Assembly (NCBI GenBank): GCA_001751075.1 | Contig: MAVP01000003.1 | Location: forward strand, 1 to 41,467 | Source of the DNA: Desulfobacterales bacterium S7086C20 | Lineage (GTDB): Bacteria; Desulfobacterota; Desulfobacteria; Desulfobacterales; C00003060 | DNA length: 41,467 nucleotides | Reading direction: 5' to 3' | In this document: one piece after another, positions 28,113 through 37,846 of the stretch | Position numbering within the stretch: position 1 is the first letter of the stretch | How the letters are laid out: the number at the start of each line of letters is the position of its first letter | Notes under the pieces: generated by a model | Told to the model about the DNA's origin: nothing | Database searches by the model: none | What the model saw: only the letters and a program-made list of their open reading frames with translations | Program-made: the position numbers and the translations under genes

Positions 28113-29579
28113 ATGTTTATCGTTATGATCACCCCGGAATGTGCCCCTGTTGCCAAAGTCGGTGGCCTGGGAGATGTCGTACAGGGGCTTTCCCGCGAAC
28201 TGGACCTCAGGGGAAATGCGGTAGAGATTATTCTGCCCAAGTATGATTGTATGCGCTACGATCGCATCTGGGGGCTTGAAAAGACATTCGGAGATTTATG
28301 TGTTCCCTACCATGACCAGCATGTTCATTGCGATGTCTATTTCGGCTTTGTAGACGGCCTGAAATGCTTTTTCATTGAACCGCATTCTTTCAAGAATTTT
28401 TTCGACCGGCACACCTTCTACGGGCACGATGATGACGTCGAACGCTTTGCCTTCTTTTCCAGAGCTGCCCTGGAGTTCATGCTCAAGACAAACAAGCATC
28501 CCGACATTATCCACTGTCACGATTGGCAGACGGCGCTGGCGCCGGTCCTTCTCTTTGATATATATAAACACATGGGAATGACCCACCCGAGAGTCTGCTA
28601 TACGTTGCACAATCTCAAGCATCAGGGTGTCACCGGGGAATATGTGCTGCGCCAAGTCGGCCTGGATCCTGCTCATTACATGACACAGGACAAGCTTCAA
28701 GACAACTTCAACCACGGTGCTGTAAACCTGATGAAGGGAGGAATCGTTTATTCAAACTTTATTACCACAGTCTCCCCTCGCTATGCCGACGAAATAAAAC
28801 ATTCTGACATGGGATGCGGCTTGCAACATACACTCCATGACCATGCCGCAAAATTTGGTGGAGTCTTAAACGGCATTGATTACAACGTTTGGAATCCAGA
28901 AACCGACCCCTATATTGCCTGTCAATATGGAGTGGAAACGGTCGGTGACAAATACAAAAACAAAGAGGCCCTACGCCAAAGGCTCTGGTTAGGAAAGGGT
29001 TTCAAGCCGATTGTTGCTGTGGTAAGTCGTCTCGACCATCAAAAAGGGGTGGGCCTGATACGGCACGCGATTTCTTATGCCCTTGAAAACTCCTGTCAGT
29101 TTATCCTTTTAGGATCAAGTCCTGATCCCGTCACCAACAACGATTTCTGTGCCCTGAAGCAATGGCTGAATGACAACCCAGATTGTCACCTCGAGATTTC
29201 ATATGATGAGGAGCTGGCACACCTCATATATGCAGGGGCTGACATGATTCTCATACCCAGCGCCTTTGAACCTTGCGGCCTGACACAAATGATCGCCATG
29301 AAATATGGAACTCTCCCCATTGTTCGAAACATTGGCGGATTAGCAGACACAGTGTCTGATGCGGATTATTCGCACAGGCCGTATCACGAACGTAACGGCT
29401 ATGTTTTTAATGATTTTGATAACCAAGGGCTCCAGTCTGCAATGAGCCGGGCCATTGGCCTTTGGAACGTATACCCAGAGTATTTCCGGGAGCTTATGGT
29501 AAATGCAATGAGGTACGACTACTCCTGGAACCATCCTGGACAGCACTATCTCAATATTTACAATCACATTAAGGAGTAG
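28113..29579 (+). CDS. glgA: GT5 glycogen/starch synthase, KVGGL (SSIII/SSIV/GlgA2-like) type
   Basis: PECAPVAKVGGLGDV, ILPKYDCM, HCHDWQTA, TTVSP, NGID, FEPCGLTQMIAM, GGLADTV. Confidence 0.93.
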   Translation: MFIVMITPECAPVAKVGGLGDVVQGLSRELDLRGNAVEIILPKYDCMRYDRIWGLEKTFGDLCVPYHDQHVHCDVYFGFVDGLKCFFIEPHSFKNFFDRHTFYGHDDDVERFAFFSRAALEFMLKTNKHPDIIHCHDWQTALAPVLLFDIYKHMGMTHPRVCYTLHNLKHQGVTGEYVLRQVGLDPAHYMTQDKLQDNFNHGAVNLMKGGIVYSNFITTVSPRYADEIKHSDMGCGLQHTLHDHAAKFGGVLNGIDYNVWNPETDPYIACQYGVETVGDKYKNKEALRQRLWLGKGFKPIVAVVSRLDHQKGVGLIRHAISYALENSCQFILLGSSPDPVTNNDFCALKQWLNDNPDCHLEISYDEELAHLIYAGADMILIPSAFEPCGLTQMIAMKYGTLPIVRNIGGLADTVSDADYSHRPYHERNGYVFNDFDNQGLQSAMSRAIGLWNVYPEYFRELMVNAMRYDYSWNHPGQHYLNIYNHIKE

Positions 29580-29856
29580 AGGATAAATCTCGTAAGAGAC
29601 TAAGTTTTGGACCTGTGTGGATTCCCGGATGCTCCCCCCCCATCATTTTCTTCGTTATTGTTACAAATAGTTCCACCGATTGGTATTTCTTTTCCCAAAA
29701 TATAACCTAAATTACCCAATTGCCCCGTTGTTCCTTCCCGGGGTGTCTAGCTATAACTTTTTGTAATATATAGAGAATCGTCCGTTCTGGCCCGGTGGCA
29801 TGCAATTTTCAAGAGCTATCCAATAGCGTATGGATATCTTTTGAGGATGTTAGCGT

Positions 29857-30327
29857 GTGGACATGAATGTTTACTACCTACCGGACAGGCGTTGCGGTGA
29901 TGATCGACGCAAGAACAAGATCCCCATTCTTACCATCTCTTCACTACTAGGGAGACGCCGGATACCGAGACGTCAAGAAGACAGGGGGGGCTCCTTTGCT
30001 ATTGACGTGTACTGCTCCAAGACGTTGTTCATGATTCTGTTGATTGTCTCGCTGAGTGTATTGGATGCCATGCTAACACTCTACCTGGTAGAGCACGGTG
30101 CGGTAGAGATGAATCCTGTCATGGCCTATTTTCTAAGCCATGGTCCTCTCATCTTCTTCAGCGCCAAGTATCTGCTGACCTGCTCATGTACCATGCTGGT
30201 ATTGATCAACAGCCGGTCTTTTCTGTTTGGAACCAAAATCCGGGCCGAAGCGCTCTTCGTTGCATTTGCCATTCCTTTCGCCCTTGTGGTGAAATGGCAG
30301 CTCTATTTGATCTTCTTCGTCCTCTAG
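29857..30327 (+). CDS. DUF5658-like membrane protein with an N-terminal DRR-rich segment
   Basis: DRRCGDDRR, LSVLDAMLT, EMNPVM, several TM helices. Confidence 0.65.
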   Translation: MDMNVYYLPDRRCGDDRRKNKIPILTISSLLGRRRIPRRQEDRGGSFAIDVYCSKTLFMILLIVSLSVLDAMLTLYLVEHGAVEMNPVMAYFLSHGPLIFFSAKYLLTCSCTMLVLINSRSFLFGTKIRAEALFVAFAIPFALVVKWQLYLIFFVL

Positions 30328-30469
30328 GAGGCTGTCCGAGAATGGCTCTTTTTCCCAATCTCTGCGTCAGGCTCAAATTTTAATCCTCGAAATATGTCAA
30401 TATATTCCTGCGGTTAAAATTTTCGCCTTCCTTGACCTCGGAAAAAATATCTCATTCTCGGACAGCCTC
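30328..30469. mobile_element. MITE family B, copy 1, with perfect 17-bp TIRs and a CTAG duplication
   Basis: CTAG-GAGGCTGTCCGAGAATG ... CATTCTCGGACAGCCTC-CTAG. Confidence 0.85.
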
Positions 30470-30531
30470 CTAGGAGCGCATCGATGGTTATGGAGAAGAT
30501 ACCGGGAAAATGGGTAAGTATTTGGCACTAT

Positions 30532-30606
30532 TGGTAGGCACGCGGGGATTTGAACCCCGGACCTCTACCGTGTCAAGGTAGCGCTCTCCCCCTGAGCTAC
30601 GTGCCT
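30532..30606 (-). tRNA. tRNA-Val(GAC)
   Basis: AGGCACG/CGTGCCT stem, CTACC-TT-GAC-AC-GGTAG anticodon arm, GTTCAAA T-loop, encoded CCA. Confidence 0.97.
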
Positions 30607-30679
30607 GCGTTGATAGCTTTGCATAACCTCGTCTCAGTCATTGTGTCAAGCAAAATAGCAGGCCCAGCGGAGCAAATCT

Positions 30680-31252
30680 TCATTTCATCTCTCCGTTTGA
30701 ATTGTTATCCTGCAAGATGACCAGGCCCCTGTATATATATTGGAGGCCCGAGGCCGTAGTCACAGCGGCTGTGAACCAGAACAAAAACCATTCGATCTGA
30801 GCCATTGCATGGACTTGATGGGCAACAAGAACGGCGCAAACCGTTGCTAGCTGAGCAACAGTGGTGATTTTGCTCAAGATGGAAGGCTTTATTTCAATAC
30901 TGCGATTCATGATGTTCAGCAAGACTATCCCAAATATGATCAATATATCCCGAGTGATAACAATCACGCTAAGCCAGCTTGGGATCATACGCTGGATGGC
31001 AAGGGTTACAAACGCAGTAGTTAGCAGCAGTTTGTCTGCAGTAGGGTCTAGATAAGCCCCAAGGGTTGTCTTTCGTTTAAATAAACGAGCTACGAGACCA
31101 TCCAATCCGTCGGTGATGGCAGCCACGACAAAAACGAGTAGGGCACCGTCAAAGAGGTGCCTTATCAGGCAGATGGCAAAGACTGGGGTGAGGAGTATCC
31201 TAACAAGGGTCAAGGTATTGGGGATATTGATGCGGGGCGTTGACTTTTTCAT
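30680..31252 (-). CDS. CDP-alcohol phosphatidyltransferase (PgsA-like)
   Basis: NIPNTLT, DGLDGLVAR..TTLGAYLDPTADK. Confidence 0.9.
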   Translation of the reverse strand: MKKSTPRINIPNTLTLVRILLTPVFAICLIRHLFDGALLVFVVAAITDGLDGLVARLFKRKTTLGAYLDPTADKLLLTTAFVTLAIQRMIPSWLSVIVITRDILIIFGIVLLNIMNRSIEIKPSILSKITTVAQLATVCAVLVAHQVHAMAQIEWFLFWFTAAVTTASGLQYIYRGLVILQDNNSNGEMK

Positions 31253-31287
31253 AGTTGCGAATCGTGGTATGGTAATCTATGAAATAT

Positions 31288-32559
31288 TTACCATGTTTCA
31301 GATTCTACTTCTGTTGGCCTTTGCCAGTCATCTGAAAAGTTAACTTTTGGTATTAGCTCGAGTGTTATGCTATTTTCTTTAACCTCAAGGATATTCACTC
31401 CAAAACCTTCAAAGTTTTTCAGTATCAATTCCTCTGCCAGTGCGCTGGTATTTCCTTGAAGATTAACATCTATCTCAGCCTCATCGGTCTTGATTGTTCG
31501 TAGATAGACATTTTTGATGCCTGCGATTTCATCCCTGAGGGTCTTTCGGAATTTGACAAAGTCGACATATTCCCTGATACCCTTCACAACCAATTGTACC
31601 AGGACAGTTTGTCTGGTTCCCCTCCCCCAGCTTGCCGTGATTTGTCTGATGATATCTTTGGCTATATCTGAGGTGGCAAGCGCAAGGGCCTTGGTACCTG
31701 CAACAGTCTCATTTGCATGAACGGCAGCTTTTGCAGAGTTGAATGAACCAATAATTTTACCATTGTCAACCTTGAGTGCTCGAAGAGAAACCTTGGCTTC
31801 AACAGACTTCGTGCCTGTCCCGGAAATATTGCCGGTTAGTTGAGCAAAGGCCTCGCCTATTATTACTACATCGGCGCCAAGTTGTCTGGCAAGTTCTGCG
31901 GCCATTTCATCACTGAGATCAGTATCAGGGATTCTACCCTCACTTGTTTCTTGGGTTGAAAGCGTTTCAGGCGCCAGGACTGCAAACCCCTTTTCTTTTA
32001 GTGTTCGTTCTAGTGTATCCTCTACGGTTAATGGCAATTTCATAAATGTAAATGTATTTTGTTTCCATGTGTATCGGGGCCAAGTGTGGCCAACATTTTT
32101 TTCTGTGAGCAGGAGCACAACCCTTGGCAGTTCCTTTTCGGTTAAGAGTACGCCGATATCCTGCAATTTGTTGTGAAGGACATCAATCAACAAGGTTGCT
32201 TGCACTACTACCCGATAATAAGAACCGGCCTTGGATTCTGTAAGTACCTTGTAATCATGGATGAAGTCCTTGAATTGCGTATAGATATGCTCACTGAGTA
32301 GCTGAAAATGGCTAACCACCACTGCGGGTGAAATCAAGAGCCCAACACCTTCCTCCACAGCGTTCCATAGACCATGTTCGATAGCCTTGTCCCGGGCACT
32401 TGCCACTTTGTCATGGTAAATCTGGCCCGTTCCTATAACTTCTACGATTTTTGTCTGCTGAACGTTTTGGCCCCATACGATATTGCCAGACCAACTTAGA
32501 CACAAAAAAAAGAAAAAGAGTGAAATGAGACGTCCGGTCCTAGAAAATTTCATGCCCAC
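31288..32559 (-). CDS. Exported protein with an FlgT-N-like domain
   Basis: Signal peptide; ARDKAIEHGLWNAVEEGVG; LGADVVIIGEA. Confidence 0.55.
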   Translation of the reverse strand: MGMKFSRTGRLISLFFFFLCLSWSGNIVWGQNVQQTKIVEVIGTGQIYHDKVASARDKAIEHGLWNAVEEGVGLLISPAVVVSHFQLLSEHIYTQFKDFIHDYKVLTESKAGSYYRVVVQATLLIDVLHNKLQDIGVLLTEKELPRVVLLLTEKNVGHTWPRYTWKQNTFTFMKLPLTVEDTLERTLKEKGFAVLAPETLSTQETSEGRIPDTDLSDEMAAELARQLGADVVIIGEAFAQLTGNISGTGTKSVEAKVSLRALKVDNGKIIGSFNSAKAAVHANETVAGTKALALATSDIAKDIIRQITASWGRGTRQTVLVQLVVKGIREYVDFVKFRKTLRDEIAGIKNVYLRTIKTDEAEIDVNLQGNTSALAEELILKNFEGFGVNILEVKENSITLELIPKVNFSDDWQRPTEVESETW

Positions 32560-33152
32560 TACTTCTCCTGTATAACTTTAATAAAATTAAGTTCTTGCCT
32601 TGCTTCATCAACATGCGTTTTGTTGATTTCAATGACCTTTTTAAAAAGTCTCGTTGCCTTCGTGAACTTAGATGCCTCCTGATAGATTTTTCCCATATAG
32701 TAATGTGCTTCAGAGGAGTCTGGAAAAAGTTTTATAGCCTCTCTGTAAGCTGATTCGGCTTCAGCAAACCAATTTTTAAAATTGGTTCCTCTATCCATTA
32801 GATACAATCGTATAAGTCCCACATGCGCAAAGGCCAATTCCTCATCTGTATTTGCCAGGGTTTGGGCTTTTCTTATCTCTTCTATGCCCTTTTTGCAATT
32901 GCCTTTATTACCCCAAACCAAACCGGAACCAACGTAGGCCTTAGAGTATGTTGGGGCCAATACCTTGGCGAGTTCGAATTCTCGGATGGCGTCACTATAT
33001 TTTCCCAACTCAAGGAATTTTATACCGCTGCAGACATGGTGTTTGGGTGTGTTCAGTATGTTCTCCGTTGTTACCGGCTTTAGAGCACACCCATACAAGG
33101 GGACAAAAGCAACCAGCAACGTCCCTATCAGTACAAAAGACCTAAGTCTCAT
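32559..33152 (-). CDS. TPR-repeat lipoprotein
   Basis: LYGC lipobox; TPR helices (YSDAIREFELAKVLAP, AYREAIKLFPDSSEAHYYMG). Confidence 0.8.
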   Translation of the reverse strand: MRLRSFVLIGTLLVAFVPLYGCALKPVTTENILNTPKHHVCSGIKFLELGKYSDAIREFELAKVLAPTYSKAYVGSGLVWGNKGNCKKGIEEIRKAQTLANTDEELAFAHVGLIRLYLMDRGTNFKNWFAEAESAYREAIKLFPDSSEAHYYMGKIYQEASKFTKATRLFKKVIEINKTHVDEARQELNFIKVIQEK

Positions 33153-33198
33153 TTTGTTCTGCCTCCTTTTTGCAAAAAAAGGCCTTTCATGGATCTGG

Positions 33199-34053
33199 TC
33201 AGTCTATGACAATTATGACCTTGCATTTTTTTAATAACAATAGGTTTTCAGAAGCACTCTGGACCTTTGAGGCATCTGTGTTACTTATAATAAAATTGCA
33301 TCGGCAAAGCCCCCGTGTTCTTAAGGCCCTGATTATTAGGGGGTTGCCTGACACCCTTGGATTGTTTTGTGCGGATTTGAGGTCTCTTTCATATGCAACC
33401 GTTCCTTGCTGGACGGCAAATTCGCGGCTTATATATGCTGAACCATAGACCTCCTTGCCGCTTTCATCTACAATCGTCGGAGACATAGATGGTACGGCAT
33501 TAAGTCCACGGGCATCAAGTACGAACCCTGTGTATGCAGGAGTCGTAGGAAGGGGCGTAATCTCGTTGCTGCGAAGTGCCTTTATCTGTGGTACAGACTT
33601 GATGCCCGGCGGGAGTGCCAGTTGTGCGAAACCGCCCTTCATCTTAAATGCTAGAGTGACTTCCATTGTACCATTTGATAGATACTCCCTCTTGACAACT
33701 TCAGCTTCTTTAACCATGCCTCGAAGCTGGTTTTCTATCATGGAACTATTTCTTATTAAATCCTCAACGATGGAAGATGAATCTATCCTCACTTTCCTTA
33801 TTGTTGCAAAGAGATTTGAGAAGGGGACTGTTTCTGTGTTCGGGGCTATCGGTTCTTCTTGGTTTTTTTCACTATCTTTTCCTGGAGCTGTTCCTATCCC
33901 ATTGGCATAGATGACCCATTGGGACCAGTTTATGTGCCCACAATTATCAACCTTTTCAACAAACTCATCTTCTTCCGCAGCCAAGAAAGGTGCGGTCAGG
34001 CAGAGAACTAGTACTGCTAAAGCCGTAGCTACAAAGAGATTAACAATTTTCAC
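33199..34053 (-). CDS. LPP20-like exported protein
   Basis: Signal peptide; GHINWS..ANGIG, YTGFVLDARGL, VYGSAYISREFAV, NPLIIRA. Confidence 0.6.
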   Translation of the reverse strand: MKIVNLFVATALAVLVLCLTAPFLAAEEDEFVEKVDNCGHINWSQWVIYANGIGTAPGKDSEKNQEEPIAPNTETVPFSNLFATIRKVRIDSSSIVEDLIRNSSMIENQLRGMVKEAEVVKREYLSNGTMEVTLAFKMKGGFAQLALPPGIKSVPQIKALRSNEITPLPTTPAYTGFVLDARGLNAVPSMSPTIVDESGKEVYGSAYISREFAVQQGTVAYERDLKSAQNNPRVSGNPLIIRALRTRGLCRCNFIISNTDASKVQSASENLLLLKKCKVIIVID

Positions 34054-34113
34054 AAAAAGTTCCTAAAGTCAGCAATCTCCGGTTAGGAAATTGGTGGGCC
34101 GTGCCCTTCTTTT

Positions 34114-35673
34114 TTAGTCGGTGGATTCATCGCTGTACAGGTGTCTTTCAGATCCGTGTTCCAGGAAGCAAATTATTCGGTCAATTGCTTCTACGTAGGC
34201 CTTCGCACTTGCCTTGAGGATGTCAGTACTGGAACCGCGTCCCAGGGCACGAAAGCCCTCGCGCGATACCCATACCGTGGCCACACCCATGGCTTCTTTT
34301 GTCTCTGTGACGGCGTTGACCTGAAATTGCTCCAGCTTGTGATCAATTCCTGCAATCTTATCTATGGCCTTGAATATGGCATCGATCGGCCCATCGCCTT
34401 CGGAGCTTGCCTCCAAGATGACATCTCCTTTACGAAGCCTCACCTTGGCCTTTGGGGTACTACCATTGCCGGTCGATATCTTGTAAGACTCCAGACCGTA
34501 AAGAGCACTGTCGGTGAATTGTGCAAAGATTACGTCCTGGACTATAATGTCTACATCTTCATCGTAGACCTGTTTTTTCTTGTCCGCAAGGGCCACAAAA
34601 CGTTCATGGACTGTCTTGAACTCGGTTTCGTCAAGCTCATAGCCAAGCGCCGATATCTTTCCCCTCAAGGCATGTCTTCCAGACCTTGCTGTAAGGATCA
34701 TGGTATGCTCTGTAATGCCAAGGTCTTCCGGGCGCATGATTTCATAGGTGTTCCGATCCTTCATAATGCCGTCCTGATGGATGCCGGAAGAGTGGGCAAA
34801 GGCGTTGGCGCCAACAATTGCCTTATTGGCTTGAACCATCATTCCCATAAGGCGGCTAACCAGCCTGCTGGTTCTTAAGATTTCCTTGGTATTTACTGAT
34901 GTGCAAAATTCGAAGTAGTCTTTTCGTGTCCTGATGGCCATGACAATCTCTTCCAGCGAGGCATTCCCTGCTCTTTCTCCCAGGCCGTTGATTGTACACT
35001 CCACTTGTCTAGCTCCGTTTTCAATAGCCGCTAAGGTGTTGGCGGTGGCCAACCCCAAGTCGTTATGGCAGTGAACACTGAGCAGACATTCGTCAATGTT
35101 TGAGACGTTTTCCTTGATGTGACGAACGAGTGTGCCGTACTGATTGGGGACCGCATATCCGACAGTATCCGGAAGATTTACCACTGTAGCTCCGGCCGCA
35201 ATTACCTGCTCAACCACCTGGGCGAGATAATTTGGGTCTGTACGTGAGGCGTCCTCAGTTGAATATTCTACGTCATGGCACAGGGACTTAGCAAATTTCA
35301 AGGCTTCAAGACCCCGTTCTAAGGCCTTTTGGCGATCTAAGCCGAATTTTTTCTGGATATGGACATCTGAAGTCCCAAGAAAGACGTGTATGCGGGGCCT
35401 TTCCGCCCCCTTTATTGCCTCCCATGCCGTCTCAATATCCTTCTTTACTGCCCGAGCAAGGGCGACAACTGTAGGACCTTTTACCTTTTGGGCAATCATC
35501 TTGACGGCCTCGAAGTCCCCAGGAGACGAGATGGGAAAACCGGCCTCAATGGCATCAACCTGTAGCCTTTCAAGTTGCAGTGCAATTTGAAGCTTTTCTC
35601 TCGGAGTCAGGCGCGCTCCTGGAATCTGTTCTCCGTCTCGTAATGTAGTGTCAAAAATGAATATACTCTCCAT
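34114..35673 (-). CDS. leuA: 2-isopropylmalate synthase
   Basis: FDTTLRDGEQ, HCHNDLG, GERAGN, HSSGIHQDG, regulatory domain GDGPIDA; Leu-rich leader upstream. Confidence 0.95.
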   Translation of the reverse strand: MESIFIFDTTLRDGEQIPGARLTPREKLQIALQLERLQVDAIEAGFPISSPGDFEAVKMIAQKVKGPTVVALARAVKKDIETAWEAIKGAERPRIHVFLGTSDVHIQKKFGLDRQKALERGLEALKFAKSLCHDVEYSTEDASRTDPNYLAQVVEQVIAAGATVVNLPDTVGYAVPNQYGTLVRHIKENVSNIDECLLSVHCHNDLGLATANTLAAIENGARQVECTINGLGERAGNASLEEIVMAIRTRKDYFEFCTSVNTKEILRTSRLVSRLMGMMVQANKAIVGANAFAHSSGIHQDGIMKDRNTYEIMRPEDLGITEHTMILTARSGRHALRGKISALGYELDETEFKTVHERFVALADKKKQVYDEDVDIIVQDVIFAQFTDSALYGLESYKISTGNGSTPKAKVRLRKGDVILEASSEGDGPIDAIFKAIDKIAGIDHKLEQFQVNAVTETKEAMGVATVWVSREGFRALGRGSSTDILKASAKAYVEAIDRIICFLEHGSERHLYSDESTD

Positions 35674-35780
35674 GATTTGCCTCTCCCCCTTGTATCTTTT
35701 CAATAACCCAGGACACCCGGGCTTTGTGAGAACTTACTTTCTTTTTTTACCAGAATTCCGACAAACTGCCAGGGCAATTT

Positions 35781-35962
35781 TGACGACTTCGCAAAAAGTC
35801 CATCTGCGGCGTTGCGCTTCATCTTTCGTCACTGCGACGTACGATCAGTACGTCTCATTCCTCAAGAATGCGCCGCAAAAGCGGCTTGAAAACAGTATGC
35901 GCGCCTTGCATCTGGAGCTTTTTGCTGTGTCGTCTGTTTGTGGACTTTTTATGAGTCCATCA
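35781..35962. repeat. Palindromic miniature element with family A-like ends and a different interior
   Basis: TGACGACTTCGCAAAAAGTCCA ... TGGACTTTTTATGAGTCCATCA. Confidence 0.7.
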
Positions 35963-35975
35963 ATTTCCGGCCTCG

Positions 35976-36008
35976 AAAAAAAAGCCGCAGGTTTTAGTGC
36001 CCGCGGCT
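35976..36008 (-). terminator. leu attenuator terminator
   Basis: Minus strand AGCCGCGGG-loop-CCTGCGGCT followed by a T-run. Confidence 0.85.
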
Positions 36009-36033
36009 CTTAATTCCTTGGTTTGGTCCTAAA

Positions 36034-36126
36034 CTACCGCAGGCAGACCACTCCGAGAAAGAGCCCCAAAAGAAGCAACAAACCCGACGGTAGCAGTAGG
36101 AATATGTGTGATTTTGCTGTAAGCAT
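36034..36126 (-). CDS. leuL: leu operon leader peptide (30 aa, 12 Leu)
   Basis: MLTAKSHIFLLLPSGLLLLLGLFLGVVCLR*; its 3' end CCTGCGG can pair with the terminator 5' arm CCGCGGG. Confidence 0.85.
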   Translation of the reverse strand: MLTAKSHIFLLLPSGLLLLLGLFLGVVCLR

Positions 36127-36346
36127 GACTAACAAAAAGCACGACAGGGTTTAAGTGTCAAGCTATTTTTTCGACAAACAGCTTGACTTCAGCCTTATCA
36201 GTTGCTACTCAAAATCATTTGTTTCCCGTTTTCACAGCGCTTGGATGCATAGTTAGTTGTGCGGCTTACGTCTTGCAGTGCAGTTGCCATGTGTCAGAAT
36301 CGGATGCATCTCCTGTATTAATAGCCTACCAAACATCTAAACTATT

Positions 36347-37579
36347 GTGGACACCGAAATGATATACCCTGAAACGCTTAAACCTCTTGCTTACGATATT
36401 GTCCCCTCAGCGGAGATTTTCGGCCGGATCTCAAGACTTCAAGAAAGGCTCGCGCGGGCCGCCCTTGACGGGGCCATCATCGTTGACATAGTGAACCTGT
36501 TTTACTTCACAGGCACTATCCAGCAGGGAGTCCTCTTTGTGCCCCAAGAAGGAGACGCGCTCTTTTTTATACGCCGCAGCCTTGAACGGGCAGAAAGGGA
36601 AACGCCCATTAAGGGCCTGATTCCCATAAAGCGCTTTGATGAGATGGTAGGTCATATTGCCGATGCTGGCCGCAAGGTGCCAAGGCTCGGATTGGATGAA
36701 ACCACCATCCCTGTTTCAGTGTTTAAAAAAGTTTCCGGGGCTTTTCAGGAGTCTGCCTTTGAAGATATCGGTTTTGCACTCGCCATGATCAGGGCAGTGA
36801 AGTCGGACTACGAGGTGGAGCTAATCCGTGAGGCTGGGAGAAGACACAAGCTCATATATGATAAGATCCCGGATATGATTTCAGAGGGGATAACAGAATG
36901 GGAACTCGGTTCAGCTATCCTAGCAGAAATGCTCAAGCTCGGGTTTACGGGCCTTGGAAGGCTTGCGACCTTTAACAGTGAGCTTTTTGGCGGCGTGATC
37001 AGCTTTGGAGACTCCGGCAATTATCCCACTTCATCAGTTGGCCCTGACGGTCTGGTAGGCCTTAGCCCTGCCTTTCCACTCCTTGGTGGGGCCAGGAGGC
37101 TAAAAAGAGACGAGATCATTTTTGTCGATACAGGCTTTTCGTATCATGGCTACAATACGGATAAGACCAGGATATTTTGCCTAGGAGACTTGCCACAAGC
37201 CGCCCTGGATGCCCACAAGACCTGTCTGGACATACAAGAGGCACTGCGGTGGCGATTGAAAACCGGTGCCATGCCCGGCGAGATATTCGATGATGTCTAT
37301 GAGGCTGTAGTATTGACACGGAATTTTGATGACAACTTCATGGGTTTTGGAACCAACAAGGTCCCCTTCTTGGGCCACGGCATAGGTCTGGTGTTTGATG
37401 AATATCCTGCCATCGCAAGAAAGATCCGTACGCCTCTTAAAGAGAATATGGTAATTGCCTTGGAACCGAAGAAGGGCCTTGAAGGGATCGGGTTGGTAGG
37501 CATTGAAAATACGTTCTTGGTGACAGAACAAGGCGGGGAGAAGCTAACGATCGGTTCGGATGAGATAGCCCTGGTTTGA
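36347..37579 (+). CDS. M24 Xaa-Pro peptidase family protein
   Basis: RAVKSDYE, VDTG..GYNTDKTR, GHGIGL, ALEP, GIENT. Confidence 0.88.
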   Translation: MDTEMIYPETLKPLAYDIVPSAEIFGRISRLQERLARAALDGAIIVDIVNLFYFTGTIQQGVLFVPQEGDALFFIRRSLERAERETPIKGLIPIKRFDEMVGHIADAGRKVPRLGLDETTIPVSVFKKVSGAFQESAFEDIGFALAMIRAVKSDYEVELIREAGRRHKLIYDKIPDMISEGITEWELGSAILAEMLKLGFTGLGRLATFNSELFGGVISFGDSGNYPTSSVGPDGLVGLSPAFPLLGGARRLKRDEIIFVDTGFSYHGYNTDKTRIFCLGDLPQAALDAHKTCLDIQEALRWRLKTGAMPGEIFDDVYEAVVLTRNFDDNFMGFGTNKVPFLGHGIGLVFDEYPAIARKIRTPLKENMVIALEPKKGLEGIGLVGIENTFLVTEQGGEKLTIGSDEIALV

Positions 37580-37709
37580 TCGGTGTTGGAATATCCGCGG
37601 AAAGACAGGTGGCCCAAAAGTTTAAGACAACAAAACTTTCTTTTAGATACGGAAATAGGGAGGAGACGTTCTACGCCATTTTCACGATTTTCCTGGCACT
37701 TGCACGCGA

Positions 37710-37811
37710 TTATCTACCTAACTCAGCTTTCACGGCCAGCCCGATTCTCTCCGACGTATATGGTTTCTTCATATATTGCCCGGCGCCTAGTTGCTGGACT
37801 TCCCTGTTCTT
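37710..37811 (-). pseudogene. Remnant of the C-terminus of a response-regulator receiver domain
   Basis: Translates [33 protein letters not shown]; GA..Y..KP motif; upstream part absent. Confidence 0.65.
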
Positions 37812-37846
37812 TTTCCATGACTATGCCTTGTACTCGGCAGCGCCTT

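Noticed and set aside
29787-29812. Possible sigma54 promoter TGGCATGCAATTTTCA before the DUF5658 gene
   Set aside because: The -12 element reads TC rather than the conserved GC, and the alternative GG has the wrong spacing
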